Shown piece after piece: positions 48,201-61,773 of a stretch of DNA of 64,000 bases; the stretch's first letter is position 1, and each line of letters starts with the position of its first letter. This stretch comes from Dictyostelium discoideum (taxonomy: Eukaryota), in the NCBI GenBank assembly GCA_000004695.1, contig CM000154.2:1728001-1792000 (forward strand), given 5' to 3'. The notes below the pieces were generated by a model that was not told the origin of the DNA, did not search any database, and saw only the letters and a program-made list of their open reading frames with translations. Both the position numbers and the translations under genes were made by a program.

Positions 48201-48409
48201 TTGATCTGATTATTCTTTATTATTGTTAATGTTTTTTTTTTTTTAAAAAAAAAAATTAAATATGTGGACTGAATATAAAATTTAAATTAAATAGTTATTA
48301 CCTTTTTTTTTAATAATAACATAATGCCTTTTTATAAAAAATAAATAAATAATAACGAATAAAAAATATTAAAACTATTAAAACTATTAAAACTATTATA
48401 TTTTTTAAA

Positions 48410-48443
<34 letters not shown>

Positions 48444-48535
48444 AAAACTTGAAGATACCTGTTTAAGATTTTAAGTTAAAAAAAATAGATTTATTAAAAA
48501 ATAATGAAACATTGCTTGGGATTTTCACCCTCACT

Positions 48536-49634
48536 TTAATTGTTAATCTCTTCATCTTCTTTTTGATTTTGATTTTGATTCTGATTTTGATTTTGATTCT
48601 GATTTTGATTTTGATTTTGATTCTGATTTTGATTTTGATTCTGATTTTCATTATTACTATTATTATTATTACTGTTATTATTATTATTAACTTTATTATT
48701 GGTATTAGTGTTTTTATTTTGAATATTTTGATCATTTTGATTATTATCTATTGATTCGGGATAAAAAGTGATTTCTCTAGGAATTCTTTTTACAGTGTCC
48801 CTAGATTTCTTTTCGAAAACATTAAAACTGGCTCTAATGGCTGAAGCATTTTTCAACTCAAATTGAATCCACTTAAAATTTTGGCTAGATGATGCTTCAG
48901 ACTGACTTATATCACTACTATTAGTATTACAGAATAATGGTGCAGACTTTTTACAAAGTAAAAGTGAAAGTATAGTTCGAAGAATAACACTATGTGAAAC
49001 TATTAAAATATGATAATTATTATTATTGATGTCGCTATTATTATTATTATTATTATTAAAAGAAGATTGTGATGGTAAAATAATATCACTATTATTACCA
49101 TTACCATCACCATCATTATTATTACTATTATTATTATTATTATTATTATTTTCATTATTTATAGAAATACCATTATTTATATATTTTGATGGTATTTGTT
49201 TTAAAATAAATTGAAAAGCCTCTTTTGCTCTACGAATTAATTTTGATTTTGACTCCATTTTCAATTCTTTTTGTGGGAGATGTTTTAAAATATTTGAAGT
49301 GAGTTTTACATTGGTTGGTGTTGGAAATGAATTTGATGGAATTGGTACTTCCAATGATGATGAAAGTGATGAAAATGATGAAAATGATGAATTGGATGAT
49401 GTTGAAAAATTAGAAATCGATGATGACGATGAAGATAATGATGTTGTTTGTGAAGATGATCTTGGTGATGATGGTATTGATGATGCTGTCGATTGCACTG
49501 CTGTTGATGTATATGATGCAGTTGATGATAATGATGGTGTTTGCGATGATGTTGTCGTTTTCATTGTTATACTTTTAATTTCTTGTAAATTAATATTGAG
49601 ATGTTGTGGTTCTTGTTGCTGTTGCTGTTGTTGC

Positions 49635-49683
<49 letters not shown>

Positions 49684-50156
49684 CTATATATAATTGATTT
49701 AATTGATTTTGTAATGATAATTGTTGTTGTTGATGATGATTTGATGGTGGTAAGAATGATAGTGATGGTTTTTGATTTAATAATTTTTGAATTTCAATTG
49801 CTTTTTTAGCATCTGGAATTTCTTCCCAATGTACAAGTTGTCTAAGGTCAACACCTTCCAATTTACCAAGGTTACGTTCTCTTAAGAGTTGAGTGGATTC
49901 AATGCTTGGCAATATGTTGTTATTGTTATTGCCGCTACCACTAGTATGATTATTTATAATTAATTGTTGTCTTATTATTGAGGCGGTTTCAAATGCTCTA
50001 TCCAAATCTGATGAGATTATTAAATTAATTGGCATATTCCCCCTTGATAATCTTTCGCCTGCTGATATTGCTTGATGTCTACCTTTATTATTTAATGGTA
50101 TATTTAAGTGGCCTTGTAAAATTCCATTTTTATTAAAATCTGTCTCACCATGTCTA
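48536..50156 (-). CDS. Histidine phosphatase/phosphoglycerate-mutase family protein with very long poly-Q, poly-N, Ser-rich and (NQ)n low-complexity regions; 5' end unresolved (probably an upstream exon lost in low-quality sequence)
   Basis: The catalytic 'RHGETDFNKNGILQGHLNIPLNNKGRHQAISAGERL...NLIISSDLDRAFETASII' carries the RHG motif of branch-1 histidine phosphatases, and a later 'HILIVSHSVILRTIL' segment is present. The reported M at 50221 is a TTG translated from a poly(A) tract. A TTTTAG acceptor lies immediately before 'ACATGGTGAGACAGAT', implying an upstream exon. The C-terminus is an (NQ)n repeat encoded by a (gattttgattctgatt)n-like periodic DNA. Confidence 0.55.
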
Positions 50157-50344
50157 AAATAAAATAATAAAAAAAAAATAAAAAATAAAAAATAAAAAAA
50201 AAAGAGAAATGATAAAAACAATTAGAAACTCGATTTAATTTTGATTAAGTAGGGGGAACCATTTTTTTTTTTTTTTTTTTTTCAAACTTTTTAATTTTCT
50301 CTTGAACTTCTTTTTGGTTAAAAAAAGTTTTTTATTTTTATTTT

Positions 50345-50394
<50 letters not shown>

Positions 50395-50403
<9 letters not shown>

Positions 50404-50500
50404 CCCCCCGGGGAAAAAGGGTTTATGGGAAAATTTGGGGGGGTTTTTTTTAAAAAAAAAAAACCGGGCCTTTTTTTTTTTTGGGGAATTTAAACCCCCC

Positions 50501-50547
<47 letters not shown>

Positions 50548-50640
50548 CAAAGTTGGAGTAAATTTTTTTTTTTTTTTTTTTTTTTTGGGAGGTTTGTGGG
50601 CTGGTTTATTATAATAATTTAAATAATAAATAAAAATAAA
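50395..50640. other. Low-quality/artefactual sequence: G/C homopolymer stutter within poly(T)/poly(A)
   Basis: 'accccccccggggaaaaagggtttatgggaaaatttgggggggttttttttaaaaaaaaaaaaccgggcctttttttttttggggaatttaaaccccccg' has the same character as the artefact next to the 14914 gap. It is flanked by poly(T) runs of 40-60 nt. Confidence 0.55.
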
Positions 50641-51013
50641 AGGGGATTTTAACTTAAAAAAGGGACATATTTGGTTGAGTTTATTCAAATAATGCCCCTT
50701 TTTTTTTTTTGTTTTTTTTTTTTTTTTGGTTTTTTTTTTTTTTTTATTTATTTATTTAAAAATTTTATTTATTTATTTTTTTTTTTTTTTTTTTTTTAAA
50801 AAAAATCATATATCATAATAACAACAATTATTTTTTAAAATTACCTCTTGAACCTGAGGATTAAGGGAAAAAAGAAGAGAAAATTAAAAAGAAGAAAATT
50901 ATGGGGTTTTTTTTTTTTTTTTTTTTTTTCGGAATGGTTATACTAAAAAAATAATAACCCTTGCCTCCCAAAAGTAAAGTTTACCACCCTCAAGATGGTA
51001 ATAAAGTTATAAG

Positions 51014-51062
<49 letters not shown>

Positions 51063-51684
51063 TTGTTCTCGATTACTTTTTTTTTTTTTTGTTTTTGGTT
51101 ACTTTTTTTTTAGTTTTTTAGTTTTTAAGTTTTTTCTTTGTTGAGTTTAATAAAAAGAAACGATGATACAAAAAAAAAAAATTTTATAAAAAAAAAAAAA
51201 AAAATTTAAAAAAAAAAATTAATAAAATTAAAAATTAAAAATTAATAAAATTAAAAAATAATATAAATTAAAAAAAAAAAAAAAGGGTTATTTATTTGTT
51301 TTGTGTGTGTGTGTGTGGTTTTCAAAAAATGAGAAAAAAAAAAATATAAAAAAATAAAAAAAAATTAAATTTAATTCAAAAAAAAATAAAAAATAAAAAA
51401 ATAAAAAATAAAAAAAAATAAAATTTTATTTCGACAAATTATTATGTGGACGAAACGAAATCAATTTGCCTCCTGGTTAAATTAAAATTGCAAATAAAAC
51501 TGTTTTCTAAAAATATGAAATTCTTTTTTACATTTTTTTTTTTTTTTTTTTATTTCTATTTTTTGTTTCTATTTTTTTTGATTTGAAACTAAAAAAAATG
51601 TTTAAATAATTTCATTTAATTTAATTTCCAAAAAAAAAGAATTTTTAATAAAATCAAATATTTTAATTGTGTTTTAAATAATTG

Positions 51685-51715
<31 letters not shown>

Positions 51716-51746
51716 ATTTAATTATTTTTTTTTTTTTTTTTTTTTT

Positions 51747-53186
51747 TTAATGATCATCTTTACTTAATTCTCTTGAAATGATTAATCTCATAACAGCATC
51801 AGAACCTTCCAAAATACGATGAACACGAAGATCACGTAAATATCTTTCAACTGGATAATCTTTAAGATAACCATAACCACCAAATAATTGAAGTGAATCA
51901 TCGGTAACTTTGAAACATTCATCACAAGCAAATAATTTTGCCATTGCAATGTAAACATGAGCAGATGGATCTTTTGCATCCAACATTGCAGCGGCATTTC
52001 TAATCATAATACGAGATGCATGTAATTTAGTGGCCATATCTGCCATTTTAAATTGAACGGCTTGGAAATGTTCCAATGGTTGATTGAATTGTTTTCTAAC
52101 TTTAACATGATCTCTAGCGGCCACCAAACAAGATTGGGCCCCACCCAAACTACAAGCACCAATGTTGATACGACCGCCGTTTAAAGCGTTCATAGCAATG
52201 GAAAAGCCTTGACCCTCTTTGCCAATTAAATTGCCAACTGGTACACGACAATCTTCGAAAATCAATGCACGAGTTGGTTGGGTGTTCCAGCCTAGTTTCT
52301 CCTCCTTTTTGCCGAAGCTAAGGCCTGGGGTGTCCTTCTCCACCAAGAGACAGGAGATCCCCTTTGGTCCCTTCTCCGCGCCCGTTCTGACCATGACTAA
52401 ATAGACCTCGCTGTCGCCACCCCCGCTAATGAATGCCTTGCTTCCATTTAAAATATAATGATCGCCATCTTTGGTTGCTTTGGTTGACAATGAGCCTGCG
52501 TCCGAGCCGCTACCAGGCTCAGTTAGACAATAGCTTGCAATCTTTTCCATACTAACTAATGATGGTAAAAACTTTTTACGTTGTTCTTCTGTACCGTATA
52601 TATCTATTAAACCTGCACACATATTATGAATACTAATGAATGCTGTTGTTGAGACATCTGCTGATGCCAATGCCTCTATAATTATCGATGCATCCAATCT
52701 ACTCAATCCTGATCCACCTACATCCTCTCTAACATAAATACCACCAAATCCTAATTCTGCTGCTTCTCTCATCACATCTCTTGGAAAATATTCCTCTTTA
52801 TCCCATTTCTCTGCAAATGGTTTCATCTTTTCTTGTGCAAAATCTAATGCCATTGATTGAAATTGTTTTTGATCCTCTGTTAATCCAACACTTGCTAAAA
52901 TTTAAAAAAAATAAATAAATAAATATTAATAATTATTCAAATAAATGTTTGAATAAAATTTTTTTTTTTTATCTTTTATTTTTATTTTTTTTTTGTCATT
53001 TTGAGTTTCATTGTGTTGTATTGTTTTTTTTTTTTTTTTTTTTTCATAAATATATACATATATATAATTAAAAGGTATCTTACGATTTGGTACAATATTA
53101 AAGAATGTACGACGTTGTAAAACTAATTTGGTTGCATTTTGTAAAACACTTTGTTTATTTGATAATTTAAATAAACCAGAAATCAT
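51747..53186 (-). CDS. acad8: Isobutyryl-CoA dehydrogenase (ACAD8-type acyl-CoA dehydrogenase), mitochondrial; exons complement(join(51747..52894,53084..53186))
   Basis: Exon 1 is '[34 protein letters not shown]' (a presequence-like N-terminus, ATG 53186) with a phase-1 GTAAGA donor at 53083. A TTTTAG acceptor sits at 52897-52895. Exon 2 is '(P)[31 protein letters not shown]...' followed by the ACAD signatures '[19 protein letters not shown]', '[17 protein letters not shown]' and '[18 protein letters not shown]'. The total is about 416 aa. Confidence 0.85.
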
Positions 53187-53213
53187 TGTGGTGTATATTC
53201 CTTTGGTTTTGTA

Positions 53214-53262
<49 letters not shown>

Positions 53263-53533
53263 AATTTCAAAAAAAAAAAAAAAAACAAAAGGTAAAAATA
53301 AATAAAATTTTTTTATAAGCAAATAATTTAAAAAATTAAAAAAAAAATTATTTGTTTTGAATAAAAAGTATTTTTCTTTTTTTAAAAATCGACAATAAAT
53401 CTATTATGAATCACCAGACCTTTTGAAATTAATTTTTTTCTATGGGATTTTTTTTTATTTAACTATTTCCCTTCTTTGTAAAAAACCTTTTTAAATTAGG
53501 CAAAATAATAAATTAATAAATAAATAAATAAAA

Positions 53534-53564
<31 letters not shown>

Positions 53565-53591
53565 AAAAATAAATAAATAAAAAATCTATTA

Positions 53592-53628
<37 letters not shown>

Positions 53629-53876
53629 TATCATTTTCCTTTATTAATGAATGGTTTAATTTTAAAAATTTAATGAATTTTTTATAATGGACAAAGAAAT
53701 AAATTCTTAACAACTTAATTCGTAAACACCCTAAAATGCAATACATAATATTAGTAGTGAAATTAATAAAATAACTTACAAAATCAACACAACTTTTTTT
53801 CCAAAAAATGGTTTTTTTTGTGGCACCTAAAAATTTTTTACACAAATTAATAGGAGTAGTTGGGGTTTTGGTCCTT

Positions 53877-53915
<39 letters not shown>

Positions 53916-54282
53916 AACTATACAGGAATAGGGGGTGAAAAGTGATCAATTTTATTTTAAAATCTTATTAAAATAAATTATTTTCCACTTTTTTTATTTT
54001 TTATTTTTAATTTTTCATTTTTTTTTTTTTTGTTTTCATTATTATAAAAATATCTTTTTATTGGACAGAAAAAGACGATTAATTTTTTTTTTTTTTTTTT
54101 ATTTTTCTTCCCAAACGATTTAAAAAAAAAAAAAAAAATAAATAAAAAAAAAAAAAGAAAAAAAAAAAAAAAAATCTTTTTTTTATTAGAAAAATCATTT
54201 TGCCTAACAACCCCACCAATAATAATAATAATAATAATAAAAATAAATAAATATAAATAAATATAAATAAATATAAATAAAA

Positions 54283-54717
54283 ATGAAATTAACTCTATTA
54301 TTAATTATCTCATTTATATTATTTAGTAATGTTGTATTTTCACAAAAGTTTAATCTCTTTAATTTCGAGCAAAACCATTGTTTAACAACACCAGAATTAT
54401 TTTTAGACGAATGTCAACTTTTAAATAGTACATTACCAATGTGTAAAGGATATATGAGAGTTACATATGTAAGTAGTAACACATATGAATTCTCTATTTT
54501 CAATACATCCACCCCACTTTGCGGTCAAGTTAATAGAAAAGCAGGTTCAAATTTTACTTGTGATCAAAGTACAAATGGAGTTAAACAGAATTACACTGGT
54601 TTTTCAGTCACATGTATAAGTACCTCAAATGAATCTTCTTTATCCTCAAAAACTCAACAATCAATTGTTTTTACGGTTTTATTATTATCATTGGCTTTAA
54701 TTGCTTCTATCTTTTAA
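54283..54717 (+). CDS. Small secreted, probably GPI-anchored Cys-containing protein (ponticulin-like size and architecture)
   Basis: A 144-aa ATG ORF. The N-terminal signal peptide is '[21 protein letters not shown]'. The mature region has conserved-looking Cys spacing and N-x-T/S sites. The C-terminal hydrophobic tail '[18 protein letters not shown]' follows a Ser-rich omega region. Confidence 0.45.
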
Positions 54718-54937
54718 ATAAAAAAAAAAATATAAAAATATATTTTTCGGTTCATTTTTTTTTTTTTTTTTTTTTTTTTCACTAAAAATAGAATTTAATA
54801 AAACAAATAAATTTAATCAAATCAATTTAATATTATTTTAAAATTTTTATTTTTATTTTTATTTTTTTACACATTATTATAATAATGAATCCTTTATTGG
54901 TATAATATATATATATAAAATGAAATGAAGAGGTTGT

Positions 54938-56507
54938 TTACTGAATCGAACAATAAGAATAATTTCCCTTTCCACTTATTGAAACATGTGTAGATGTTGT
55001 TGTAGTTGTAGTCGTTATATCATCATTATTATTATTATTATTATTAATATTGGTGGTATTATTTTTATCGTCACTATTATTACTATTACTATCAGTATTT
55101 TCATTTAAAGTTGTTGAAGTAATATTAACATTACTTATATCAATATTTAATTCGTCAATTTTTTCATTATCTTCACCATCATCATTATCATTATCAATAA
55201 CTTTCTTATTTTTAGCTCTTAAAGTTGGAGAGATATATGAAGGAGTAGTTGTTGGAGTAAAAATTGGAGTAATTTTATCACCTGGTTTTAACCAAAATTC
55301 TTGAATCCAATTAAAAGTATCAGTTAAATCTACAGCATTTGCAATTTCCTCCAAGAGTGGAATGAATTTTGGTTGATCTAAATCGATATTTTTTGTGAGT
55401 AAAGGATCGACTCTATGATATTTTTCAGCCAATAGTTGAGCACATTGAAAATCGGAAATTTCAACATTACTATCCAATAACATATCGATGAGTGTTGGAG
55501 CCCATTGAGCTAAACCCCAATTACCTTCGCCATATTGATCGGGTGATACATATTTACCATCTCTACCAGTGGATAAGGAGAGTACACAAATTTCAGTTAA
55601 TTTAATTCCACTAGAGATTGCACTAGTGACGGCACATAATGATGGATTATTTGCATAGACACCACCATCAACGAAACCTTGATAGATTGGGAAATAGGTT
55701 GGAGCGGCACTAGTTCTCAATGCAACATCAACCACTAAATGATCACCAGTCTTACTATTTTTAAGAGTTATGGAAAAATCTTGGTGCCCATCTTCTATGA
55801 GCTAAATGATCTGCTTGATAATTTCCACCATGATGACGAGGAACAATTTCAAAATCTTCATCATCATCATCACAAACAAAAAGTTCTTCGTCAGTTTTTT
55901 CATCATTGTTGTTGGTGGCTGTTTTTGGTGGTGTACAACTTCCATTTCCATTTGGTGGTGATACTGTATTTGTTGGATCGGTTGGACCTGAACCACTTTG
56001 ATTATCCAATTGAAAACTTGGAATTAATACTTTCTTTGGTAAATCTTTAAGTTTTAGATCACCAAATTGAGTTTCCATCACCTCTTTTAATTTAAGATTG
56101 GTATAGGCTGGAGCAATTGCGCTATCGAGTGATGATATTTCATGCATCCATGATTTACGGAAAATTTGTGGAACAATATTGCTAAAGAAATCACTTGCCT
56201 CATCAACTGATTTACCAGTTGCTAAACATAATGATAAAATACCACCTGCACTTGCTCCAGTTATTAAATCTATATTATCTAAAAAGTTTGGATAAACCTG
56301 TATAATTCTTTTTAATAAAACACATTCAATTACTGATCTAACACCTCCACCATCCAATGATAAAATACGATAACATGGTTTTTCTACTAAAATAAAAAAA
56401 AATAAAAAAAATTTATTTCCAAAAGGTTAATAATAATAATACTAATAAATAAAAAAAAATAAAAAAAAAAACCTACCATTTTTTGATCCTTTTCCTTTTT
56501 TAGCCAT
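54938..56507 (-). CDS. Patatin-like phospholipase (PNPLA family) with one 5' intron and an apparent internal frameshift near 55760-55775; exons complement(join(..56386,56477..56507))
   Basis: Exon 1 is 'MAKKGKGSKN' (ATG 56507) with a phase-1 GTAGGT donor; the intron is 56387-56476. Exon 2 is '(V)EKPCYRILSLDGGGVRSVIECVLL...ITGASAGGILSL', carrying the oxyanion motif GGGxR and the GxSxG nucleophile. That frame terminates at 55761. The adjacent frame (open from about 55775 to 54938) continues with patatin C-terminal motifs '...DHLVVDVALRTSAAPTYFP...GFVDGGVYANNP' (the catalytic Asp of DGG). The two frames overlap by only about 45 nt, too short for an intron. This is either a sequencing frameshift or a genuine pseudogene. 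Confidence 0.6.
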
Positions 56508-57279
56508 TTGGTTTTTTTTTATTTTATTTTATTTTTATTTTATTTTTTTTTTTTATTTTATTTTTTTTTTTTTTTTTCTTTAAATAATTTGGAAAATAGT
56601 AGTTATTATTATATAACACTTTTTTTTTTTTTTTTTTTTAAAAAAATAATTTGGAAAATGCGCTAAAAATATAATATATATATATAAATGTACAAATAAA
56701 AAACTAATTTAGAAAAACTAAAAAAAAAAATAATAATAAAATAAATATTAGAATAATTGTGCGACTATATTTTTTTTTATATTTTTTATTTTCTTTTTTT
56801 TTTTTTTATTTTGCAGGAAAATAAATTAATGTGGGTGTGGTGATTATAAATGTTTGTTGGACAATATATAAAATAAATAATTAAAAAAAAAAAAATTTTA
56901 AAATTTTAAACAAATAACACAAAAAATTTTAAACAAAAAAAAAAAAAATAAAATAAAATAAAAAATAAAATAATTAAAAAAAAGAAATTTCAAAAATAGA
57001 TAATTATTGGTATTATTGTTTTTTATTATTTATACGGTTATAACTGTATTGTATGAATAATAACTCCAATTTGAATTTTTACCTTTTCTTTTTTTTTTTT
57101 TTTTTTTTTTTATTTATTTATTATTATTTTTTTTAACTTTTAATATTATTTGTTTTTTTTTTTTTTGTTTTTTTTTTTTTTGGTCTTTTAGTTATAAGAT
57201 GTTATTAATACTATTATTACTAATAAAATTTTTCTTTTTGGGGGTTGGGTTTAGATTTATTACTATTCCAAATCTACTA

Positions 57280-57351
<72 letters not shown>

Positions 57352-58498
57352 TTTTTATATATTTGTTTATTTTTTTAAATGTTAGACTGAAAAAATAAAG
57401 TTTTATTTTGAAATTTTAAGGGGTGGTTCTTGTTTTGTCGGAGGTGTCAAGAAAATAAAATAAATTAAAAAAATAATTTTTTTTAATTAAAATAAATTAA
57501 AAAAAAAAAAAATAAAAAAACAAAAAATAAAAAAAAAAACAATTTTTATTTTTTCCTTAAATGTAAAAATTTTATAATAATGAGGTAAAATTTGGAAAAA
57601 TTATTTTAAAAATAAAAAAAATAAAAAATAAAAACATTTTTGTGATATGTTATGATTGTTTTGAAATTGAATTTTTTTTTCTTTTTTTTTTCTTTTGATT
57701 TATTATTTATTAGTTTATTTTAATTATTTTTACATACCTTTAAATTTATAGAGTTTATTTTTATATACAGAAATGGAAAAAAAAAAAAATATTTAGAAAT
57801 ATATGATTATAAGAGATGAAAGGTGAATCGATTACAAAGAAATAATTTAATTGGTGATGATGTGGCGGGGTGTATTTATTTTATATGCAATCAATAATAG
57901 AAAATGGAAAATGAAAAATAAAAAAATATATAAAAACTGTTTATATAAAAAAAAAAAAAATTATTATTGCGGGAAAAAAAAAAAAATAAAATAAATTATA
58001 TTTACAATAAAATGAAAAAACTAATAATTATACAAATTAATTAATATTACAAACAAAAATGTTCACATAAAAAGTTGAGTGGAGGTGTTTACAAAATTTT
58101 TAATGAAAAAACCAAAAAAAAAAAAAAAAAATATTAAAAAATTAAAAAAAAAAAAAAAAAAATTTAAAAAAATATTGAAAAAAAAAAAAAATAATCTTTG
58201 CTGGGTGTATCGTTTTTTTGGGAAATTTAAAAAATTTTCTTATAAAATTTGCGTGTTAAGTAGATCATTCAAAAAAAAAAAAAAAAAAAAAAATTTCCTC
58301 AACGTAATCTCAAAAAAGAAATCTATTTTTAATCTTTAAAAATTAAACCTTTTTTTTTTTTTTTTACTTAATTTTTTAAAAATAATTTAATTTAATTTAA
58401 AAATATTTTATTAAACAATTTTTTTTTTTTTTTTTTTTTGCCATTGACTAAACAATTTTTTTTTTTTTTCTTTTTACTTTTTACTTTTTATTTCATTT

Positions 58499-58951
58499 TT
58501 AAATGAAAAATGAACATATTGTTATTAATAAAGTTAAAAGTAAAAATAAAGTTTGTTGTATTGATATTTTTATATTTGCACAAGAGTTTGAATTTTCGGT
58601 TATAGTATTTGAATTTGAAAAATCATTGGAATTTATTATTTTTTCTTTGGCATTATTATTTCTAATATAGGAAGATAAAGTAGAATGATCAATTATAGAT
58701 TTTATATTATTGCTTTGTAGTATATTATCGAATATTTTATTATTATTGTTATTATTATTATTATTTTTATTATTATTGTCATTATCGGTTGTTGTTGAGG
58801 TAGTTAATAATAATAATGTATGATTTGGAGAAGTTTGTATTATTAAGGAAATATTTGATGATTGGTCACTTATACATTCTACAAAATTTTTAAATACTTG
58901 CAACATTATTAAAATTGGTATAATTTTTAAATATAAATTTATAATCTTCAT
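58499..58951 (-). CDS. Hypothetical small secreted/GPI-like protein (signal peptide plus Asn-rich middle plus C-terminal hydrophobic tail)
   Basis: A 150-aa ATG ORF. The N-terminus is 'MKIINLYLKIIPILIMLQVF' and the C-terminus is 'TLFLLLTLLITICSFFI'. The composition is low-complexity, so it could be spurious. Confidence 0.3.
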   Translation of the reverse strand: MKIINLYLKIIPILIMLQVFKNFVECISDQSSNISLIIQTSPNHTLLLLTTSTTTDNDNNNKNNNNNNNNNKIFDNILQSNNIKSIIDHSTLSSYIRNNNAKEKIINSNDFSNSNTITENSNSCANIKISIQQTLFLLLTLLITICSFFI

Positions 58952-59033
58952 TTTATTTTTTAAATTTTATTGAAATTATTATTTTAATTTTAATTTTAAT
59001 TTTAATATTTAATTTATTTAATTTTTTAAAGGG

Positions 59034-59079
<46 letters not shown>

Positions 59080-59661
59080 TATAATCACTTTAGTGTGTTT
59101 TTATTTTTATTTTTATTTTTAAACTTTTTTTTTTTTATTTTTATTTTTATTTTTATTTTTATTTTTATTTTTATTTTTTAAATAAATAAAATAAATTTAT
59201 TTTAATAATTATTTATTTTATTTTATTTTATTTTATTTTATTTTATTTTATTTTATCTTATTTTATTTTATTTTATTTTTAATATAAATAAATAGATAAT
59301 TAAAAATGCAAGTACAAATTGATGATGTATTGTAACAGTTTTCGATAGTCAACTGTTTCTATTTTAAAATAACAGGAAAAAAAAAAACTTATAAAAAAAA
59401 AAAAAATTTATAAATTATCTTTTTTTTTTTTTTATTTATTTTTTTTTTTAATTATTAAAAAAATAATAATAATAATAATTATTTATAAAATTAAAAATTA
59501 AATATAAAGGGAATAAAAAATGTAAAATAAAACAAATACAATAAAAATTCGAAAAGACTAAACGCCACTTACATTTACACCTACCTTACACACATTCCCT
59601 TTTTTTTTTTTTGTTTTTTTTTTTATTTTTAAATTTTATTTTTTTTTTTTTTATTAGTATG

Positions 59662-59696
<35 letters not shown>

Positions 59697-60712
59697 AAAA
59701 TATCACATCTGCTTGGATATTGATTAGAATTCTAATTATAATAAAATGATATATTAAATAAAATAAATTAAATAATTATTTATTTTAAAGAAAAAAAATA
59801 GAGAAAAAAAAAAAAAAAAAAAAAAAAAAATAAAAAAAAAAAAAAAATAAGATTTAAATAGATTTAAATTTAATAGTAAAAAAATGAGAAAAAATAAAGT
59901 TATAATTATTTATGGTTGTTATTTTTATTATTACTATTATTTTTTTACTTTTTAATTTTTATTTTTATTTATTTTTTATTTTATTTTTTTTTTAATAATA
60001 AATGTTTTTTTTTTTTTTTTTTTTTTTTTTTATTTTTTTTTTTTTTTTATTTTTTTTTTTATATTTTTTTTGTTTTTTTTTTAATAATTATCTTGTACAA
60101 CAACATTAATGGCACTATTGTTTTTATTTTATTTATTTATTTATTTATAAATAAATTTCTTTTAATAAAAAAATAAAAAAATAAAAACTCAAAAAATAAT
60201 TATTTGTTCGATATTATTTAACATCCTGAAGGTTTAAAATTTAAAAAATAAGTGATTGTGTCATGTGTGATGAATCAAAAACTACTAAAAGTCAAGAGCA
60301 GGGAATCAGAAATAATTACTAGTACTCAAAATAAATATGTAAATTGCTGAGTAAAATTCGAAATCGTCATACAGCAATATCCCATTTTTGAACAAAAAAA
60401 ATAATAACCCCCAACACAAATTTAATTTTTATTTTTTTTTAATTTTAATTTGGTTCGTCACATTTAAAAAATAAAAAATTAAAAAAAATAAAAAAAAAAA
60501 CTAGGGAAATAAATAAATAAATCATGATATTTAATTTATAAAAAATATATTTTTTAAAGTTATCGATAAATTATTATTATTTGGTCAAAATTAATTTTTT
60601 TTTTTTTTTTTTCATGAATTAAAAAAATAAAAAAAAAAAAAAACCAAACCTTCCTAAAAATATAAAAAAATTTTTTGGTTTTTTTATATTATAATATAAA
60701 CCATATATATCT

Positions 60713-60750
<38 letters not shown>

Positions 60751-60772
60751 TTTTAAATTATTCTTTTTTTTT

Positions 60773-60810
<38 letters not shown>

Positions 60811-61738
60811 CATATTTGGTGGTTTGTGGTTGTGGTAATCGTTATTGTTTATCTATTTTGAGGTTTATAAATGTTTTGTTTTTATTTATCTACTATCATA
60901 ATTTATACATTGAATAAAAATGTTTTTTTAAATTTTAGCCACCTAAAAGTTTTTTTATGTATATATGGAGCACATGTGTACATTTAATAAAAATAATTAG
61001 GAAAAAAAAAAAATGAAAAAAAAAATAAAAAAAAAAAAGTATTAGTTGGGTGATATTTTGAAAAGATTTGTTGTTATTTATTTATTGTCTTGGTTTATTG
61101 TTCTTTGTTTATTATTATTTTTATTATTATTAACTATTAACTATTAATTATTTAATTATTATTTTTTTTTTCAACATCGCACAAATTAATGTTGGCACAC
61201 TCTTATTAAAAAATAAAAAAAAAATAAAAAAAAAAAACATACAAGCATGTCCATCAATTATAATTATTTAATAGTAAAGTATTTTTTGAATTAATAATAA
61301 AAAAAATCACCCACCATCGTCGCTTGCCCATAATGAAAATCCTATTAATGAATCTACTCCTGCAACTCTTCTTTAATTAATTATCAAAGTATGTTATATT
61401 ATTATTATTTTTATTATTATTTTTATTTTTATTATTATTATTAAAAAGGTAAGTGGTTTGAAATTAGTAACAATTATTAAAATAATTAAAAAAATAAAAA
61501 TAAAATCAAAATAATTTTTATTGTTGTTGTCATAATCTAATGATAGAAAAGAAGTAGGTGAATTTGAAATAATATTATTTTTATTATAAAAAAGTAAAAT
61601 ATAAAAAAAAAAAAATTACAAAAATTATGTGTTTATATAAATAATATAAAAGGAAATGATATAATATATATATAATATAGTATATATATATAAATATATT
61701 TTTTAAAAAAAAAACAAAATAAAATAATAAATGATTAT

Positions 61739-61767
<29 letters not shown>

Positions 61768-61773
<6 letters not shown>

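Noticed and set aside
48540-48740. Highly periodic 'gattttgattctgattttgattttgat...' DNA that superficially resembles a short-unit repeat array or CRISPR-like periodicity
   Set aside because: It is the minus-strand coding sequence for an (NQ)n / (NQNQNQ) low-complexity C-terminus of the histidine-phosphatase gene. The unit is 6 nt with no spacers and there are no cas genes; this is a eukaryotic genome.
60230-60380. tRNA gene in the GC-richer island
   Set aside because: No cloverleaf-compatible acceptor/T-arm (GTTCGAATC-like) sequence could be found; it is kept only as a weak box C/D snoRNA candidate.
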